This document shows positions 14,001-25,401 of a stretch of 64,000 nt of DNA, in pieces. Position 1 is the stretch's first letter. Each line of letters opens with the position of its first letter. The stretch comes from Takakia lepidozioides (lineage: Eukaryota > Plantae > Bryophyta). The notes below the pieces were generated by a model, which ran no database searches, had not been told where the DNA came from, and was given only the letters and a program-made list of their open reading frames with translations. The DNA is taken from positions 30,566,001 through 30,630,000 of the forward strand of contig CM060731.1 of the NCBI GenBank assembly GCA_030704615.1, given 5' to 3'. The position numbers were made by a program, and so were the translations under genes.

Positions 14001-17000
14001 TATACTATACCACTCCTGAAAAAGTATTACTTGTCTGTTGATAAATACACGGTCTTTACCATTAGATTCAATTCTTCTTGGGGGGAAATTGTTTGTGGCA
14101 GATTCTAAAGCGAGGTCGTCGGCATCAGGGAATGTGTTTGGTGTGGGATTGCCAGAGCAGATCGTTCAGGCTGCTCGCCAGGCCACCTCCTCAAAGGTTT
14201 ATTCAATGATGGTTTATTCAAAATAGCTTGACGATGCTTGCTTGAAGTGATAATTGGCATTCCAGGGTAGAAAGTACCTCTTCTGATCATTATTGAGATA
14301 ATTATGCACACTTGTTCTTGCTGAAGCAGCCCCTCAATCTGTTTTCTAGTTATGAGTCACGCCATGGCTGTATATCTCCCATAAGTATCAAGCCTTTGCC
14401 AATCCTTCATATTTATTTTGAGAATCTATACTGTCCACTGATCCTCTCATTTGGGATTCCATCTTTCAATATAGTTGCGGTCAATGTCGTTTAACTTGGA
14501 GGACCAATCATAGTCGGAAAGCCATGAGATATTTTCAGAGTCCAAAATCATGCTTAGAGCAATCATTATGCATTGAGAAGGTTGACAAGCTACTGTTCCC
14601 ACAACTTCGAACTTTTGATTTAAACCATGTAAAAGTTCCTAAGCCTATCTACGTTAAAGTTGTGCATTCTTTCCTTCTGAACTCAGGCTCTCTCTCTGGC
14701 TCAAAAAGGGCTGGCGGCGGTTCCACCAGCCGCATGGGAAGCCGGACCCATTGCTACCCTGGATCTTTCCCACAACCAAATCAAGGAGTTGCCAACTGAG
14801 CTCTCAATGTGCACATCATTGGAGGTGAGAAATACCAATTCGAAGCTGAGAGCAACCTGTGCCTAGTACAATTTGGTTTGGGAAGAAGGGGACGTATCCA
14901 AGACCACAAACATTTTTGGGTATATTTTTATATGGTCAGGTTGGGATATGCATATATGGATTATAAATGTACAGGAATGCTCGTTGAAAGTGCAGAAAAT
15001 GTTGGTGTGTGAGAGGTTTATTATGGGAGGCTCAGGTGTTGATGCTGCCAGACAACAGACTGGGAGAATGGCCAGGAGCTGTGCTAGCAGCACTTCCCCG
15101 CCTCCAACAGCTGCTGCTGTCTCGGAACCCCATTGCTGAGGTCTTCTTCCCCCTTCCCTTCCTTCTTCTTTTGATGCCTGCTCATGTAGACACCCTTTCC
15201 ATTCGAACCAGCACACATGAACACATATGGGATGGTTATGATGTCTGGTGGCAACCGGTCAATGGACCAGATGATCCAGCAACTGTAGATCTCATATCTT
15301 GAGTGCACTACTCGTTGGCACTTAAGTTCACTGCTTGTTAAGTTGCAGTACCTGACGGAGCAGGATGGTGCATATTGCGCCTTGGTACATTTAGCATGTC
15401 TAAATAGTGCCTTGATATAGTCAGGCTCATGTCTAAATAATGCCTTGATATGTTTAAGCGATTGCTTAAATAGGTCTTTGGTACGTTTAGCATGTATGAT
15501 ATTTCTGTAACTAAACGATATATTGGAGTGCAATTCAGTCTGATGATTTGTTTAGGTTAGAGTACATCCCTCATGATACAAGATGTGCAGACTCAACCTT
15601 GTTAGAGAGTCAAAAAACACTTTGTGGCATCGTCGTTTTGGTCATTTGAGTGCTCAGAATGTAAGTCTTTTGAAGTCCGCCTACATGGTTGAGGGATTGG
15701 ATCTTGAAATCTTAAAGTCAGAGACTGATTTCTTGTATGAAGCATGTGTCATATCGAACAGCATGTAGACCAGCCCCTGTTCAACATTCTGTGTCATTCT
15801 GTGTCATTCTCAGAATGTAAGTCTTTTGAAGTCCGCCTACATGGTTGAGGGATTGGATCTTGACATCTTAAAGTCAGAGACTGATTTCGTGAAGCATGTG
15901 TCATATCGAAACAGCATGTAGACCAGCACCCGTTCAACATTCTGAAAGCATTGCTTGAGCTGTAAGTTTGTGCCTCAGAAGTCCTACTTTGATACCTAAT
16001 CAATACGTGCAGATTCCACAAGGTGCATTTGCAGCAGTTCCAAAGCTTCAGATTTTGGACTTGAGTGGAGTTCCTGCAAGATTGCCGCCCCCACCAGCCC
16101 TTTCTGAAATGCCGAATTTGGAGGAGCTTCGCTTGAGGTAAAGAGACCTCCATTTTATTGAGCCAGTAACATGCTGTCATCTTATGCACTGTCACTCTAT
16201 AGTTGCATTTGAACATCCATGACTTTGGTGAGGGAAGATAGGTTTCAGCAGCTTTCTCATGTTAGTTAATACCATTGTGATGGAGTCTGCGCCAAATCAG
16301 TTTGTAAAAATTGCTTTGGTTAAGCTTTGTCCTAGTGATCAAGGGGTACATCACCGAGCCAATGAAGTGTTGCTTGTCTTGCAGGCGGATGGAACTGCAG
16401 GAGTTTCCAGATGATCTCAGGAGGTTGCTTAAATTGCGCATTCTAGACTTCAGTCAGAACTCCATCGCTGTGGTTCCTGAGGTCTCTGTGATCTTCCCCA
16501 ATTTGGAGTTGATGTTTGAGAAGTGGTGCTTGTTTTCCCTTCTTTTATCCAACCATGTTTTCAGCAATACGTCTGGTGACATATCGAGTTGGGGGTGTAC
16601 TTTGCAGTGGTTGACATGTCTGGTGCGCTTGGAAACACTTGACCTCTCTGACAACAACATTTCAGTGTTACCGCCAAAGCTGGTTTGTTCATGAAATATT
16701 CACTTTCCTATTGAATATGGTCTGTTCCATGTTGTCTTTTGCTCCAAATGTTTTTTACACTATGGGAAGTTCTGGCTAAAAGCGTGTTCTGTTGGGTTGG
16801 ACCAGGGTCTTTTGGAGCCAAATCTTCGTCATTTGAAGGTTGGTGGTAATCCTTTGCGCAGGTATTTATCCCCTCCAGATCTTCCCAATTCTCTTTTGTT
16901 TGTCTTGGAAATGTGAGAGTTTACCAATGCATATGGCTTGACATATTGCTACTTGGGAATGGAATGCAGCATCCGACGCCCTATTTTGGAGCGTGGTACC

Positions 17001-17042
17001 AAGGCTATCCTGCAGTACTTGACGGATAAGATCCCCACTTAA
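8032..17042 (+). CDS. Intracellular LRR protein, LRRC40/At3g15410-like, ~19 exons
   Basis: Begins [21 protein letters not shown]|ELPVQVY...EKWWE, followed by many LxxLxLxxNxL exons. Contains the GNPLRSLR|[15 protein letters not shown] cap and ends GNPLR|[24 protein letters not shown] (TAA 17040-17042). Confidence 0.92.
11628..12072. repeat. Three ~85-bp intronic repeats of a dispersed family
   Basis: The unit ...tgtcccataa(g/t)(c/a)tctatga(g/t)ctttccgcggacgttataaag(c/t)accatttcattt occurs 3 times. A similar ggacgttataaagtacgtttcatttcattt lies at ~52272-52300. Confidence 0.75.
15583..15945 (+). mobile_element. Ty1/copia GAG-pre-integrase remnant, partly duplicated, in an LRR-gene intron
   Basis: [10 protein letters not shown]...MVEGL...EACV is the pre-integrase HHCC motif. 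The stretch ~15653-15791 is repeated at ~15809-15943. Confidence 0.8.
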
Positions 17043-18629
17043 ACTGGAGTTCCACAATCAAAACTACATTTTGCTGGAATCAGAAATATTGGCAGAAAAT
17101 GCAATTGGAATGCAGTGTCCTCTTGTGTAACATGCAGGATACTGAGTCGAAAGGTATTGCACCTTGTCTATTGTTGTTGTTCTCTTCTGAAACTCAACTT
17201 TTTGGTCTGCATCTCTCATAGCCATTTGAGCTTCTGGCCATAAGTACCTACATGCCAAAGGTCTTGTTCTTTAGGTATTATTCAGGATTGATTCATAGGA
17301 TTATTTAGAATATCATTTGATGGCATTCAATTTGTGCATACATCACACTTTAACCTTATTGAATATAGTTTATTCCCACTAATAGTTTGTGTACTTAGTG
17401 TTGGTTCACTGGTTAGGGGGCAGCAACGCCACCTTGGTAGAGAATTTAGAAGGATGAGCAACTTTCGATGGCAGATGGAAAGAGCACCTATAGTCGAGGA
17501 CAGTTGGGACCTATAACCAATGGAGCAATGTCCCCACAATGTGCATGATTCCAAAGCCAATTTCTTTGAGACAAGTAATGAGGCCCTTAAGAAACCATGG
17601 AGTGACATAAGATTGAAATAAGCAAGCAGAAATCTACAAAGAACATTTATGGAAGAGTGGATATTTGCTTGGCGTTGCCTCCCGGAGGTATTTCTGCCTC
17701 TTCCCACCGGAGCACTTCCCCTCCCTCCAATCCTCTTCCGGCACTTTCCATTGAGCTAGAATTCTCCACTGCAATCGAACCTATGAATATGTTTGTGCAA
17801 GCTTGAAGCACCGAAGCAAGCGAAGGGCGAGCTGCAGGCAGGAAATGATAGTGAGAAATGGTTATTATCACATAGGATTTGGAAATGATACCGTATCCGC
17901 GGTGATAGACAAAAGAATCTTCATAGTTTGAAAGATTTGACCACCGCGCTACTTATTTCAACACCTAACTTCAGGTGATAGTGTGCCACGTCATCTGACA
18001 TGTCAGAAACCTATAGATGCAGAGGCGGAGGTTTGAATTTAGGTGTGAAGTGTGAACGTACCATGACGGTGTATTTTAATACCCACCCGTTCCGAGTATT
18101 ACCAACATGACAAACAGCGGATCCGGGTACGCATCCGGTTATTAAGTTTAGGGCTGAGATCCGCCAGGTATTTACTTGGTTCACACCTAGGGTTACACCG
18201 GAGGGTGAACGGACCATTCCGAAGATTTTGGTCTCCCCGAAGATTCCTCTGTGTAGTTTACACAGATTTACACGAAGCGGAATATTTTTGTCTGGCCTCT
18301 CACAGTGGAATAATTTCCACACCGCCTAAAGTGAAAGATCAGGACTTGAATCATTGTGTATTAAAACCTTCAAAGAGCTCTCAAACTCCCAGTCCGATTT
18401 ATAAAATGTGACCGTTTACCAGTCAGTGTCGAGGATTCATCTGCACACTTTCTTCTGTGGGGAATCTAGTCGTGCACCTTGCCGGTGCTGGATGCTAGCT
18501 TCTGCAGCGAGTGTGCTTTCAGGTGCCTGTCACAAAAAGTGGGCAGTGTCGAATTGTGAGTTTTATGGGCACCCTTGAATGGACTGATAAATGATCTGTG
18601 CATTAACAGTGCAACAAGGGGCCCAGGGG

Positions 18630-20012
18630 ATGAAGACGACTCATATGGCCCTGATCTTCGGCGTGCCGGGCGTCGCCGCTGTAATGGTGTGTATGGGACT
18701 GTTCTTCTCGAGGCGAAATCCCCATGCACTGAATGAGAGCGGGCGACCTCCAGAAGTTAATCCAACCAGGTTACAGATCCAGTTCTGGGTCTCTATGGGA
18801 GCCAATGGAAAGCTGGTGTATAATACCACGCCCACTCATGACCGGATAATGGACTTCTCTAGTGTGGGATATGGTGGGAATGCTGGCACCTTCCCCACTG
18901 CGCAAGTAAGGAAATCGTTGCAACCTGCAGGAGGCGACAGAGATGATACACCTCTCATTCAGAAGGCTATAGATGAGGTCTCAGCTCTGGTTCCTGATGC
19001 CAATGGCATGAGGGGCACCGTCAAGCTTGGAGCAGGGACATTCAACTTAAAGAATGGTGCACTTTTGATAAAAACTTCCGGTGTGGTGGTTGAGGGGAGT
19101 GGGACTAGCACTGACACTGGTACCATTCTCAATGCTCATTCCTTACCGACCGGTCGTCTCTTCCTTGTACAGGGAGATGGGTCGTTAGGCATCCAATCTC
19201 GTGAATCTGGAGCTCCAAAATCCGTGATCACCTCAACTGTGCCATCGGGAACGGAGGTTGTAGAAGTACAAAGCACAGTGGGCCTGGCAGTGGGAGATTA
19301 TGTGACTGTGCACTGGTTCTGGACACAATCCTGGATCGATATGATGGGAATGGATATATACGATTGGACCCCCAGATACTACGCACCGGTTGAACGTTTG
19401 ATTGAAAAAATAAGTGGAAACACAGTTATACTGGATATTCCCATACCGTTTCGGATTGATCAGGACTATGTCGATGCCATTCACCCGCCTTACATTCAGA
19501 AGTTGACATATCCAGTGGTCGGCCGCCTCACTAATGTGGGCTTGTTCAACTTGAGGGCTGTCAAAGATGCCGTAATACCTGCAGTTGGAGGCTTTCTTTC
19601 TATGTACAATGTGCAAGATGCGTGGGTGGGCAATCTGATACTGGATGCTTTTGATGTTAATGCAATTGTTATCGGGGGAAAGCGCATCACGATCCAGAAT
19701 GTACATATCTACCAAGGAGTTCCACTCCCAATTTATGGCGCCAAGACTTCTGCTGTTAACCTCGTGGCCCCTGCCTCTGAGATTCTCGTGCGGAATACCA
19801 TTGCAAAAGGCCAGGGTTACTGGTCATTTATAACCAACGATGACGTAGCGGGGCCCAATGTGTTCCTGAACTGTACAGGGGAAGGCTTAAACGATGCAGA
19901 ACCACATGCATGGTTTGCCTCAGGGATACTCTATGACAACCACAAGGTATATATTCTCCCCAATCTTAGTCCTCGTATTATGTTGAATCTGCTAGATGTG
20001 AATGATCTGTGA
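18630..20012 (+). CDS. Pectin-lyase-like right-handed beta-helix protein of bacterial/fungal type with an N-terminal hydrophobic anchor; possibly 3'-truncated
   Basis: Intronless ORF of ~1.3 kb with GKLVY...RIMDFSSVGY.G...DDTPLIQKAIDEVS...GMRGTVKLGAGTF...SGVVVEGSG and GPNVFLNC...EPHAWFASGILYDN. A possible donor AAG|gtatat lies at 19946. Confidence 0.7.
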   Translation: MKTTHMALIFGVPGVAAVMVCMGLFFSRRNPHALNESGRPPEVNPTRLQIQFWVSMGANGKLVYNTTPTHDRIMDFSSVGYGGNAGTFPTAQVRKSLQPAGGDRDDTPLIQKAIDEVSALVPDANGMRGTVKLGAGTFNLKNGALLIKTSGVVVEGSGTSTDTGTILNAHSLPTGRLFLVQGDGSLGIQSRESGAPKSVITSTVPSGTEVVEVQSTVGLAVGDYVTVHWFWTQSWIDMMGMDIYDWTPRYYAPVERLIEKISGNTVILDIPIPFRIDQDYVDAIHPPYIQKLTYPVVGRLTNVGLFNLRAVKDAVIPAVGGFLSMYNVQDAWVGNLILDAFDVNAIVIGGKRITIQNVHIYQGVPLPIYGAKTSAVNLVAPASEILVRNTIAKGQGYWSFITNDDVAGPNVFLNCTGEGLNDAEPHAWFASGILYDNHKVYILPNLSPRIMLNLLDVNDL

Positions 20013-21477
20013 CGTGCCCTTATTTCTACGCGTGAACTAAAAGTACACTCTCTGTACAGCTAAATTCTCTCTAGGTGATGCACAAAAAGTAAAAAGTGTT
20101 GCTCGGTGCGCAAGCCCCCTTCATCAACCTGCCAAAGCCTCTGCGCGGTCGACCGCCCGCCTTACACAGCGCCCTCCGACCCTCGCATTCCCAGCCTGTA
20201 CCTCGCCCAACGCCAGGCTCGGGCCTGACCCACTCTCATCCACACCTCATTCATCTCCAAGGAAAGCTCCTCATCCATCCAAGCGAATCTAGGGCGAAGA
20301 TAGAGCGATCCACCGCAGCTAAACCCTCCGTAACGCGCAGGATTAATCCATGCCGGTTAGGTGGTTACTAGTAACTTACTAGCCGACCGACGCGTGTAGA
20401 GGATGCGATCCAGGGCGATACTTCCAAGGCTCGTGATACCCGTGGATTTGGATGATCGACGGTGGTGGGTGAGAAATGGTTTTGGCGGCAACCGCGGTTG
20501 GTTTGTTCTGTACGACGGGGCTGTGCGACGGTTACGGTGGAGTTTCCGTCGGGACATCCCGACGGTCGGGGCGGCCGTTAGATGGGGTCTCGGGGGAATC
20601 GAAGCCGTTGAAAGTAGGGCTATTAGTATTGAGGAATGTGACAGTGCTAACGGTTTTCTTGCCAACGCTGTCTTCCGCTTCTCTCTCGCTCCCTCTCTCT
20701 CAGGATTCCGATGGTTGCTGGGAATTGTGCGACAAGGTTTTTGAAGTAGTTTTCCGCTCTTTCTTATTGCAAGAGCTCCCTGGGATTTGGCGGTTTTTGG
20801 GTTTCGCAAATGTTACAGCATGCATGCGAGTTGATCGTGTTAGGATGGTTTTTCACGGATTGATCTTTCAGCTGAGATAGGCAAAGAAGGTTTGGAAAGG
20901 CATGGTTTCTCTGCTACTTTCTGGGTGTGCTCTCTCTTCGTGTCTTTGTGAAGGTCCCTGAGTAGCTAGATCTTTAGATTTTCATTGAAGCTTGTTGTCG
21001 GGGATGTTTTGATTTTGTTTAATTATGATCTGATCGCAGTGCGTGAAGTGAGAAAGAACCCATCGTCCTAGCTCATGACAGACTGCATAATATGTCTTGT
21101 AAGAGACGGACTCGGGGAAGGTCTGGAAACGGAATTATTATGTGGGCCAGATCAGAAACACTGAGACAAGTTTTTGAGAAGCATATGTGACGGGTCCGGG
21201 AGCACGAAGTGAGCAAAAGTATTGTAGCAGATGGCAGAAACTTCCGTTGCAAGTGTACAGATTATAACTTGCTTGCAAACGTCCCTACTTTATCCTTTTT
21301 CTTGAAGCCAGGTTCCACTTTGTAATCGTCAGACCTAGACAATTTTCCTCCTTCATTTCCTCTGTCTACAGATTTTATTGGTGCCAGAAAGAAGGATATC
21401 TGAGCACTATTCAAGCTCCAAGTGATTTCGCGATTCAATCTCTCTTTCCTGGGCAGTGGAATTTGTCCTGGTCCGCC

Positions 21478-23439
21478 ATGGAGGGGTTCTTGGATCAACA
21501 GAAGGCACGCCACATGCGCTCGACATCTCTAGAATCATCTCCATCCTTCAACAGTGAATCAGTCTACACGACCCCCTACAATAATACTCCTGTACACCCC
21601 CAGCGAGCTTATCCTCCCTACTATGTTGAAAGTCCGTCCACCTCCATAGTCAATTTGAGCTCTGTGAGTTTCCACGACGAGGACCAGAAACCATGTGAAC
21701 GTATAACAGAAGGCTTCGGTGCCTTCTCCCCACTCAGCCGGACTGGCTCGTTCCAAAGCAATTACGGGTCCGAGCCTCTGTCAATGTCCAATGTGAATGC
21801 GCGCTTACAATCTTGGAGAAAATCTAGACCGTCTTTGGTCCATGCAGAGGTTACAAGCAAATGGGCAACTGTTGATGAGGAGGCAGCCATAGGTGATTCC
21901 GACGAGTCGAGGAGCTGGTGGGACATATCCGAGCGGTCAAGGTGTCGCCAGCGCTTCAAATCTTGCATATTGTGGTTGTGCATGACTGTGTTTTTCACAG
22001 CGTTTTTGCTCACTGTTACTACACTCATGTACTGGCTTATTTGCCACCCTCATGCACCTGTCACCACCCTCAAGGTGCGCATACCTAACAATCATCGAGG
22101 GAAACCATCTGCTCTAGCTGGAGTCTTTTAATTTTTCTAAATAACTGGAATCAAGCTCAGAACTGCTGTTGAGGTCGATAATCTAAAGCCTCTACAGAGA
22201 TGAAAGAAGTCTACACGGGCCCTGAAATTTAATACGGTAGCTGGACCCTTTAACTGCACGAATCGCTGGGTCCACCACATGTGTACTATGTCACACACTT
22301 CGAACGAGCTGTCAAATACTAAGATCCAATACAGACATGCACATTGCCTGGAACAGATACTGAGGGGTTGCTGTTTTGCTTGTATCTTGAACCGGAATAA
22401 ATCAACACCAGGCTGAATCAGGTTGCCCTGCTCAATTGATTTCTTATAATGATCTAGGTACTTTCAACACATTACAGAATATATGTACATTGCAGAATAC
22501 GGAAAGCAGACCTTAGACCTATAATATTCCGGAATGTTATCAAGGATTTCACGGAGACCCACATGTGTGTCCGGGCCAAGAATAGTTTCTACAAGTAATT
22601 ATCATGCTGCTGTTTTGTCAGGGAGTGGAGTTCCATAAATTCAATGTGGTGCACGGATATGACCGCACAGGCGTGCCCACAGACGTAGTTAGTTTGCAGT
22701 CACTGGTTCGCCTGGCCTTCCACAACCCATCCAAGCACTATGGCGCATTCGTCAGCCCCGCCACTGTCAGCTTCACATATCTCCCAAGGCCTATTGCTCA
22801 CGGCAAGGTATGCACTCTCACGAGAAGAGGGAGGCCTCAAACAAGTTAGGCTCACTTAATCTAAGCAATTCAACACTTGAGATCCAATCAATTTCTCCGA
22901 CGATCACAACAGAGGAGTCCCCTTGGGTACTAGACTCTTGTTGGTAGTCTCTCTTGGGGCACTTCACCTGTAATATCATCAAACTAGAAACATGACTGAG
23001 CTGGTATTCCCTACTACATGAAGGTCCATTGAGCTGGCGGAAGCAGTGCCCTTTCTTAACCCGTTTGACAACTAAAAGTATCAGATAAAAGTGGACGCCT
23101 AGCTTAATGTGACTCTCGACTCATATCTGTGGACAGGTACAGGATTTTTATCAGCAGAGTGATTCCAAGAGGGATGTGATAGTAACAGCAAGCTCCGACT
23201 ATGTGCCCCTCTACGGGGCAGGTCCCAGTCTCCAGCAGGCAATGGCGGAGAATCGCCAAATCCCCCTAGGTCTCCGCATCTCCGTGAAAGCTAATGTTCG
23301 GTTGTTCGGTGGACTCATCAGAAAATATTACCTTGAAGACATTGCATGCGATGTTCTTTTCGATCCAAACAGTGGGACAGTGGGCAACACACATTGTGGG
23401 CCTCCCAGAAGACAAGAAGGTGGTGATATTTCCCATTAG
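21478..23439 (+). CDS. LEA_2 / NDR1-HIN1-like membrane protein; exons 21478-22074, 22622-22807, 23137-23439
   Basis: Disordered Ser-rich N-terminus, one TM helix, then GxDxTGVPTD, FHNPSKHYG, FYQ and VPLYGAG motifs. Introns are phase-0 GT-AG. Confidence 0.88.
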
Positions 23440-25401
23440 ACAAAGTCCCAGTGCACTTTGGCAGAGCACTCACTGAGACTTTCAATTTTGTCAAGTGGAG
23501 TAACTCCCTGAAGTGTTATATCTGCTGGTTATCTTCATTAGATACCATCTCGATGAAGTCGGATCTGAAAACCTCAAGCAGCTTAGCTTTTCTTAGCTTA
23601 TAACTCCCTTTATTGCAGTCACTTCAGGTTGGTGCTAGATAAGCTTTTTCAGAGTCCTGGGTACTCTGTGATGAGTCCACTGTCCCAATCTTCAAGCTGA
23701 TGACCACTGCCAAACTTTCTGTATATGGATAAAGATGTTTGATGGCACAAAATCCCGGAGAAAATCCTACATATGCATTGGAGAAGAACAGAAACATCTG
23801 TGACCAGACTTGACTCTCAATCAATCAATAATTAGGAAGTGCAATTTGCAAAAGTGAACCACAAAATCGTGAACAAAATCGTAGAGTTAGCACTGTTTTT
23901 CTGGAATATGACTATGTACTCCATGGAGCAACACCTGCAGTTCACCTTGAAACTCAGGCAAGGCTGACATTCTCCTTTGCATCCTTTCCCTAAGCTTTCA
24001 GCCTCCATCCCACTTTTCCCTTCATTGTTCTCTCCTGATCTAGATCCATTTTGCATCCACCGGGCAAAATTGTAGCATCTTCCAAGGCAATGCAAGTTGG
24101 GGAGCAGGAGGCGTAGTCTGAGAACGTAGCACATCAATCACCTGCGGTGACTGACAAATCCCGAATTTGTCTCGAGGGTTATTCTGACTTCAGTAACTTG
24201 GGAGCAGTCAATTGAGCTGGTGAGTGAAGATATTATCTAGAGAGAACATTCCATCTTTCTGTACCTTTGATATACCCCCAGGCTCCAACTTCTAAGAAAT
24301 ATCTCTGCATCACAACAGGCTCCTTACTATCTCTTATCATGCTCCTTGGTACAGCATTTCTTTGTAGTTACTCTCTTCCCGCAGCTGCAATACATTACAC
24401 CACTGACTATCAAGAACCTGAAAAATGTGCTCAACTTCACCAAAAGTTCAGACAAAAACTACATGTTAACCTCTGGCCCCTTGTGTAACCTTCTATGCAG
24501 TCCAACTCACATCTCTTCTGCTTCATTTCTGTGTAACACGATAGAAAGAAATATGCTTGACTCCAAAACATAGAACTCTGCTCTTTGGCATATAAACTGG
24601 GCATTCACTGTCCCCCCTCGTGGAATTTTTAGTCAGTACGTTGCAGACAGCTTGACAGTTTCCCCTATTCCCCACAGCAAGCACACCAACCAGCCTACAT
24701 ATCAATGAAGTGGATAATAGAACTATTATGAAGGGGAGGAGCGGGGAAAGGAGAGACCCCCTAAAGTTTTCACACATCACAGACTGCACAGCAACTGCAA
24801 CATGAGACGGTACTCACCTATAACAGTCGATGTTTTGTGTTCGATTACTGACTCGAGTATCCAAACACCGCATCCAGGTTGGCCGATTGGTCAACCAGTA
24901 GCAGTCCTCCATTAATGCACACACATTCTGCCAAAATGGCCATGTAGAAAGCAGTGGGTAGCTCTGCCAGAAGAAGGCCCAAGGTTTGTATCGTAAGCAG
25001 CAGTCTAGGACTTCTCAAAGCCAGCATGCTGCTGCTTGACACTGGAGTTCCCTCAGCAGGTAAGGAAGATGAAGGGGGAAAAAGGGCTTCTAGGTCAGCC
25101 TCAAGTTCCAAACCCACTCCAGGCGCCTCATTTACTGAGGAGTTCTCGTCAGTTTGCAAGAGGAATCCACACTGTGATCTAAATTCGCCTGCAACAACCT
25201 TGTTGGGAGGAGGGCAGTGACAGCAGCTCTATGACAGCTGTTTCCAAGAACTACTGGCTGCAGATCCAGGATCTTGGTGAACTTGTTCACTTCTCTGTGT
25301 TGGGGATCACTGCTGAGGCTGCAGCTTGCCCTGGATGACAATTACCAGCATCACTCCTCTGAAAGTATATATTACTCCTGAGAATACTCCTTGTGGTGGT
25401 T

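Noticed and set aside
20357-20880. Overlapping ORFs of 113-150 aa
   Set aside because: GC-rich promoter or UTR-like sequence with no recognisable motifs.
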